From Octopus bimaculoides (Eukaryota), in NCBI RefSeq assembly GCF_001194135.2, contig NC_068991.1:67547136-67600327 (forward strand): a stretch of 53,192 bases of DNA, given 5' to 3'. Position 1 is the stretch's first letter. The number at the start of each line of letters is the position of its first letter. Below the pieces are notes generated by a model. It had not been told where the DNA came from. It worked only from the letters and a program-made list of their open reading frames with translations, and did no database searches. Below, piece by piece: positions 46,182 through 53,192 of this stretch. The position numbers and the translations under genes are program-made.

Positions 46182-47203
46182 CAATAACATTCCTTGTACC
46201 TTGGACGGGACGCGAAATTTTTTCCCCACGAGAGTTCCAGACCCCAGTTATGAACTCATTTGCATACAGCCAATCAGAGCTCAACTATCAAACTAACTTA
46301 TGATCGGATAAGCGATGGGTGATAAGATGAAGTCACTTGGGTAAGGAATGACCATGCTTCTTTTCTCTTTTAATAATGCTTGTTGTTCTTGTTCTTGTTT
46401 CAACCATGGTTGCCTCTGCGTAGTTATTTGCGTTCTTGTTTTACTTTGTAAAACAGTAAGGGGAGATGGTTGCTAGCACATCACCCGCTACCCTCATTTT
46501 CCCATCCACATCTTTACCATATGGGGCCCTAACAAAATCTGATAATAGGTATAAATGCAAATCTAATTACTTGTCTCCTAAAATCAGGCATAACTTGCCG
46601 ATCGGTCGACTTACAACACCGTTCTTCATCTTCAGTTTACTTGGTAGAGTGTGTCTGTTAACTTGACAACAAGGACAAGGTGAGCTCTGATTGGCTGTAT
46701 GCAAATGAGTTAATTACTGGGGTCTGGAACACAAACACACGCACACACACACACACACGTGCGCATACACACATACACTCACACACGCACACACACACAC
46801 ACACACACAGGCCCACAAGCGCGCACATATGGGTCAACGACGTGCTTCCCTGTAGTTTCCGTCTACCAACTACACTCACAAGGTATTTATCGACCCGGAA
46901 CTTTACAAGACATTTACCCAAGATGCCACGCAGTGGGACTGAACTCGAAACCACGTGGTTGCAAACCAACATGAAATGAAATGCTTAACTCAAGAATAGA
47001 ACGCATAGCCCGGTCGAGGAATCGAAACGACAACCTTACGATCATGAGACCAGCACCTTTACCGCTAAGCTATTTGTCTCCACTAAACTGTTTGAAATGT
47101 AGGATAGAAGCAAGCTTGTGCGCTTGTGCAACATTGTGTGTATGTATGTGAGTAACATCGTGTGTATACTTATGTCAAAATAGGAATAAAATCAACCACA
47201 AAC

Positions 47204-47387
47204 CTGTTTGCGCACTTTCCCATGGGTACATTGCTCCTTTTCGACCGTTCATGGCAGCCCTTGCTCGAGCAGCGTCTAAAGTACGGGTTCTGGTCTTCAT
47301 AAGGACTTTAGCCAAGTCTGTACGGAACATGAGTACTGGAGGGAACATCCATATGTCTTGGTCCCAGAATATATGTCCACCATAGTC
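47204..47387 (-). CDS. PGGHG: PGGHG-like, internal exon (184 bp, phase 0-1; too short for the ORF track)
   Basis: Acceptor ttgaaAG ends at 47388; donor GTTTGT starts at 47203. DYGGHIFWDQDIWMFPPVLMFRTDLAKVLMKTRTRTLDAARARAAMNGRKGAMYPWESAQT(G) contains the GH65 GH.FWD and PWES motifs. Confidence 0.95.
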
Positions 47388-48810
47388 CTTTCAATATATA
47401 CAGTGAAATAATAACAGGTTGGGTTGATTCTGTTGCTCCTGTTCACACACATTTACACACACTCACATTCAATCTGTACTCTTGTGGAATACAGCAAACA
47501 AGTAATTCACTTCTTCATATATATATATGTANNNNNNNNNNNNNNNNNNNNNNNNNNNNNNNNNNNNNNNNNNNNNNNNNNNNNNNNNNNNNNNNNNNNN
47601 NNNNNNNNNNNNNNNNNNNNNNNNNNNNNNNNNNNNNNNNNNNNNNNNNNNNNNNNNNNNNNNNNNNNNNNNNNNNNNNNNNNNNNNNNNNNNNNNNNNN
47701 NNNNNNNNNNNNNNNNNNNNNNNNNNNNNNNNNNNNNNNNNNNNNNNNNNNNNNNNNNNNNNNNNNNNNNNNNNNNNNNNNNNNNNNNNNNNNNNNNNNN
47801 NNNNNNNNNNNNNNNNNNNNNNNNNNNNNNNNNNNNNNNNNNNNNNNNNNNNNNNNNNNNNNNNNNNNNNNNNNNNNNNNNNNNNNNNNNNNNNNNNNNN
47901 NNNNNNNNNNNNNNNNNNNCAAAATAACAAGGAGTTTCTACCTCGTAAACAGGAGTTACACCACAGTCATTTTGTGATCTTTACTACCCTGGTATCTATT
48001 AACCAATTTATTTTGTCCGAGTTAATTATTAACTTAGAGAAAATAAATACATATAATAATATAAATATATATATATATAATTTTTTATGCGTCCTTTTAA
48101 AGCCTAGCTAGGCTCATGGGCCCGGTTTCCCGGTTTCTGTGGCGTATGTGTTCCCCCCAGCTGGACGGGACGCCAGTCCTTCGCAGCGTTACTCATGAAA
48201 CAGGAAGAAAAAGTGAGTGAAAGTTGGGGCGAAAGAGTACAACAGGGGTCGCCACCACACCCAGCCGGAGCCTCGCGGATCTTTAGGTGTTTTCACTCAA
48301 TAAACACACACAACGCCCGGTCTGGAAATCGAAACCTATATATATATAGACGATGGGCTTCTTTCAGTTTCCATCTAACAAATCCATTTACACAAATTTG
48401 GTCAGCCCTTAGGCTATAGGAGAAGATACTTGCTTAGAGTTTCATGCAATGGGACTGAACCCAGAACCATGTGGTTAGGAAGCAAACTTCTTACCACACA
48501 GCTATGTATGTATATATGTATGTATGTATGTGTTTATGTATGTATGTATGTATTGCTGATTTCAATCACTCAACTATGGCCATGCTAGGGTATTATCTTC
48601 AAGGATTTAGTCGAACGTATGGACCCCAGAACATATTTTATGTCAAACGAATAAGCTTTGGGACAAAGCATAAACACAGAGAAGGATACAGGCACACGCA
48701 TATGCCAAATTTAGAACCAGAAGTGAACTTCTTAACCACAGACATATTGACATACATTTATACACGCACATACACACACGAAAATACAGAGAGCCAACAA
48801 AAAAACTTAC

Positions 48811-49037
48811 ATCTTCAGTTAATCCATGTGCCAAACCAGTCGGTGAGAGACCAACGAAATCTGTATCGCCAGAGGTATCATTTGACGGTAGAGAACTGAG
48901 AATGTAATATTGTGCTGCATATGTTATCTGTGCCAAATTATGGTCTCCTCTCACATCAATATAACCTTTCTTCCAAATTTCCAACCAGGCTTTGGTGTGT
49001 TCATTCATAAGGACATTTTTCTTGGCCATTTCCATTG
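48811..49037 (-). CDS. PGGHG: PGGHG-like, internal exon (227 bp, phase 1-0)
   Basis: Acceptor tttgattggtAG ends at 49038; donor GTAAGT starts at 48810. (A)MEMAKKNVLMNEHTKAWLEIW...QYYILSSLP...GLSPTGLAHGLTED. Confidence 0.9.
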
Positions 49038-50309
49038 CTACCAATCAAAATAAAGGAAAATATATGTTCGCCATTTTGATTTAATAAATAAAAAGATAGA
49101 ATGCTTATTCATTCAAGATAAAGGCCGTCGACTTGGGCTGATACAACTTAGCACCGTTGTTGTCGAAGGAGTTGCTATTAGGATGCAATAAGGCGGGATA
49201 GATATTGCAAAGCATCTCGCCTGATGGGACCTAATTAGCTGTCTTATGTTGCTGAAATTATATTTAACTCAAAACACTTTACTGCTCTTGTAAGCTAACA
49301 AAATATATTTCATCAATGTGTACAAAAGGAATTTTTAACATTATCGTTTTTAACCAGGAATGACAAGCAGTGTCCATGGCCCGTTACAGGGTGTTCGAAA
49401 CTGGTGTGATAGATGAAGGAATGTATGTTCAAACTAGACACATGACCTGAATGCTTGCAATAGAGTAAACTAATGGTTCTCAACTGGGGCCAACATTACC
49501 CCTTGATGGAGGTCCATATAAGATTTTGTTGTTAAAAAATTTATCTACAATAAATTGGTTATACTTCTATAATATACAAAATATTTTAATTTTTTTAATA
49601 CAATTCCTAATAAAGAAGGAAGCGAGCTGGCAGAATCGTTAGTATTCAGGACAAAGCGCTTAACAGCATTCCATCCGTCTTTACGTTCTGAATTCAAATT
49701 CTATCGAGGTTAATTTTGCCATTCGTCCTCTCGAGTTCGATAAAATAAGTACCGATTGAACACTAGGACCGATGTAATCGACTTACCCCGTTTCCCTGAA
49801 ATTGCTGGTTTTATACCAAAATTTGAAACCAATATTCAATTTATAAAATTATAAAATGATTTTTTAAACATCGAATGGCTAGGAGGGTCCATCTGCGTAA
49901 AATGGGGATCAAAGGAATCCAAAGTAGAGAAACACTGGTGTAGACTCTCCCAAAGGCATCCAATATGTCAGGTGATCATTTTAAACACGTGATGTATGAA
50001 GTTTGTAGCTCATGTTGGCCATGACAAGATATGAATGCAGAATATAAAGGGTCACGAGGCATCCATCTGGGTTGAGGTTCTTAGAGATGCCAATCTGCTG
50101 TCTTGGACAGGATTTTCAATATCGATTCCAAAAAGAACAACAAAGTTGACCTCAGCGGGATTTGAACTCGTATCGCAGGGAATAGAATCAAATGCTGCGA
50201 AGCATTCTATCCGACGCTCTAGTCAATTCACCGAAATAGTTGGCGCAAGTATGCCGCTTTATGGATCGAAGGATTATATTCCATAAATGCTGGTTTGTGT
50301 ATCTAGACA

Positions 50310-50735
50310 TAGGCGCGGGAGTGGCTGTGTGGTAAGTAGCTTGCTTACCAGCCACATGGTTCCGGGTTCAGTCCCACTGCGTGGCACCTTGGGCAAGTGT
50401 CTTCTACTATAGCCTCGGGCCGACCAAAGCCTTGTGAGTGGATTTGGTAGAAGGAAACTGAAAGAAGCCCGTCCTATATATGTATATATATATGTATGTA
50501 TGTGAGTGTATATGTTTGTGTATCTGTGTTTGTCCCCCCCAACATCGCTTGACAACCGATGCTGGTGTGTTTACGTCCCCGTAACTTAGCGGTTCGGCAA
50601 AAGAGACCGATACAATAAGTACTAGGCTTACAGAGAATAAGTCCTGGGGTCGATTTGCTCGACTAAAGGCGATGCTCCAGCATGGCCGCAGTCAAATGAC
50701 TGAAACAAGTAAAAGAGTAAAAGAGAGAGTAAAGA
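50310..50735 (+). mobile_element. SINE family B, full length
   Basis: tRNA-like head (gtggctgtgtggtaag...gggttcagtccc), central (TA)/(TG) repeat, tail aaacaagtaaaagagtaaaagag. Confidence 0.88.
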
Positions 50736-51374
50736 GTATACCATTAATTCTATACGCCTACATTTATCTAACTGGATGATGGATTTAACTGTTCGGGGTG
50801 AAATTAATCTGCAATAGGCTAACATCCTGTGCGGACATAGATGTGCAATGAAGACGTTTGCTTCGCAACTATTGGGGTTCATTTTCAATTTCACTGCACA
50901 ACATCCTTGATATTCTTTTTCTACAATAGCCTCAGGTTGGCCAAAGCCTCGTTGGTTGGAATTTGTTAGACAAGAACTGTGTGGAAGCTCGTTCGAGCGT
51001 TACTCTTTCTAGCTTGGCTGACTGAATCACGGCTCATTTTATCATCGCTACCTGGTCATTCGGCGTCTTTAACAGGATCCATTCTGTTGCAAAAATTTGG
51101 CAGAGGTCTCCAGTTTGAGGATAGCTTACATCCATCAGTCTCGGAATCTCTGAAGAGAACGAGAAACGCTGCCTTTCCTCCTCTGAATAAACTATTTAAA
51201 AAAGCATTAAAAAAAAAAGGAAGTATGTTCATCTTTCCTTTGCTGAAATTCTATTCTGACATTTTATTAGAGACAGTTTTCTGAATAAGAACTAGAGCTA
51301 CAAGACTGAGCGACAAACTAAGGCTAATATATTCTATAACTGCTGTTGTGATGGGTGATGGACATACTGCAAAT

Positions 51375-51595
51375 ATATTGATTTCAAATTTTGGCACAAA
51401 GCCCGAAATTTTTGGGGAGGAGGGGCAGTCGATTAGATCGACTCCAGTACGCAACTGGTACTTATTTTATCGACCTCGAAAGGACGAAAGGCAAAGTGGA
51501 CCTCGGTGGAATTTGAATCCAGAACGTAAAGACAGATGAAATACCCGCTAAGCCTTTTGTCTGGCGTGCTAACGATTCTGCCAGCTAGCCGCCCT
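51375..51595 (-). mobile_element. SINE family D
   Basis: Reverse-orientation family D body. Confidence 0.75.
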
Positions 51596-51936
51596 GATAC
51601 TGAAAATATAATGAGGTGAATTCGTCTGCCTTCGAAACGAGATACTTTTACATAATTCTTGACATTTCCTTGATGAAGGACCATCGACAACAACTTAATG
51701 CTTTGACTGAAAAGAGGAAGATTTTTTTGAATGAAACGGGGGAAAAAAAATGCAGTGATTCGGTTATTTGCAACACGATTATGTCAGGAAAAATTGAAAC
51801 TAAAAGGTAAAGATGACGACCAAGAAGAAAATTGCTTAATGTTAACTGAGGGCAGCTTATTGTGAACTTCTAGAAGTGAAACAAATATTAGTTATAATAG
51901 AAAAATTATTATAGAAAAAGTGAAATCCTCACGAAC

Positions 51937-52115
51937 CTTTTTTATATGCATCAATAACTTGGTTTTTCTCGGTTCCTAACGCCGTGAGAAAATAAAAAGT
52001 TTTCTTTTTGTCTTTGGACAGGACTAGCTTAGACGGAACATTAGTGTAAATCATATGAACTGACTTATGTTTAGCATCATATTCTTCACTGTCAATGTTC
52101 TCACCATGGAAGTAT
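51937..52115 (-). CDS. PGGHG: PGGHG-like, most 5' exon in the window (179 bp, phase 2-1)
   Basis: Acceptor atttctttTAG ends at 52116; donor GTTCGT starts at 51936. (R)YFHGENIDSEEYDAKHKSVHMIYTNVPSKLVLSKDKKKTFYFLTALG resembles the recalled human segment RYLYGHTLTPE..QEVHMLWTPAPPDLTL..TWDFLTAVG, and the phase matches the next exon. Confidence 0.85.
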
Positions 52116-52127
52116 CTAAAAGAAATT

Positions 52128-52128
<1 letters not shown>

Positions 52129-52218
<90 letters not shown>

Positions 52219-52241
52219 TAATAATAATAATAATAATAATG

Positions 52242-52281
<40 letters not shown>

Positions 52282-52305
52282 TGATAATAATAATAATAAT
52301 GATAA
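52129..52305. repeat. Long (AAT)n/(GAT) microsatellite next to an exon acceptor, running into a gap
   Basis: Read directly. It produces the poly-I/N/Y ORFs. Confidence 0.95.
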
Positions 52306-52881
52306 NNNNNNNNNNNNNNNNNNNNNNNNNNNNNNNNNNNNNNNNNNNNNNNNNNNNNNNNNNNNNNNNNNNNNNNNNNNNNNNNNNNNNNNNNNNNNNN
52401 NNNNNNNNNNNNNNNNNNNNNNNNNNNNNNNNNNNNNNNNNNNNNNNNNNNNNNNNNNNNNNNNNNNNNNNNNNNNNNNNNNNNNNNNNNNNNNNNNNNN
52501 NNNNNNNNNNNNNNNNNNNNNNNNNNNNNNNNNNNNNNNNNNNNNNNNNNNNNNNNNNNNNNNNNNNNNNNNNNNNNNNNNNNNNNNNNNNNNNNNNNNN
52601 NNNNNNNNNNNNNNNNNNNNNNNNNNNNNNNNNNNNNNNNNNNNNNNNNNNNNNNNNNNNNNNNNNNNNNNNNNNNNNNNNNNNNNNNNNNNNNNNNNNN
52701 NNNNNNNNNNNNNNNNNNNNNNNNNNNNNNNNNNNNNNNNNNNNNNNNNNNNNNNNNNNNNNNNNNNNNNNNNNNNNNNNNNNNNNNNNNNNNNNNNNNN
52801 NNNNNNNNNNNNNNNNNNNNNNNNNNNNNNNNNNNNNNNNNNNNNNNNNNNNNNNNNNNNNNNNNNNNNNNNNNNNNNNNN

Positions 52882-53141
52882 NTGTGTGTGTGTGTGTGTG
52901 TATGTGTTTGTGCATTTGTGTGTTTGTGTCGTGTTTGTCCCCCATCATCACTTGACAACCGATGTTGGTGTGCTTACGTCCCCGTAACTTAGCGGTTCGG
53001 CAAGACAGTCCGATAGAATAAGTATTAGGTTTACAAAGAATAGGTCCTAGAGTCTATTCGTTTGACTAAAATCCGCCCCCTTAAGGTGGTGCTCCAGCAT
53101 GGCCACAGTTAAATGACTGAAACAAGTAAAAGAATAAAAGA

Positions 53142-53192
<51 letters not shown>
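52882..53192 (+). mobile_element. SINE family B, 3' half, followed by (CA)n
   Basis: Family B second half and tail. Confidence 0.8.

Noticed and set aside
48101-48114. Perfect 14-bp palindrome AGCCTAGCTAGGCT
   Set aside because: Short, and it appears to be the junction of a repeat fragment; no independent evidence of function.
1-53192. CRISPR arrays, operons or prokaryotic defence systems
   Set aside because: The DNA is clearly eukaryotic (spliceosomal introns, SINEs, LINEs) and there is no repeat-spacer array.

Overview
Eukaryotic, gap-rich, repeat-dense genomic DNA. The SINE/microsatellite make-up looks like octopus, but that is an inference from recalled repeat families. Two spliced genes lie in tandem on the minus strand. 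(1) A PGGHG/ATHL1-like GH65 glycosidase: seven exons are visible between 52115 and 32678, the 5' exons lie beyond the window, and one expected internal exon cannot be found. (2) A TECPR2-like WD40 protein: its first two coding exons (22864-22160 and 3997-3872) are separated by an 18.2-kb intron, and the gene continues left of the window. The rest is tRNA-derived SINEs (about four families), LINE fragments (RTE, Expander-like, R4/Dong-like, Tx1/L1, CRE-like), TTAA and 8-bp-TSD MITEs, a probable LTR with a tRNA-Trp primer-binding site, and microsatellites. The most notable observations are: a core-intact hammerhead-ribozyme motif in sense orientation inside a PGGHG intron; a 400-bp palindrome of two hammerhead-bearing Penelope-like termini in the TECPR2 intron; a GPI-signal-like, sequon-rich C-terminus on PGGHG; a near-perfect 166-bp direct duplication bracketing the first TECPR2 coding exon; and a CRE-clade retrotransposon relic. 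Exon boundaries were read by hand from splice sites and frame. Homology calls rest on recalled motifs, not database searches. Repeat boundaries are approximate to roughly 10-30 bp unless a TSD is quoted.
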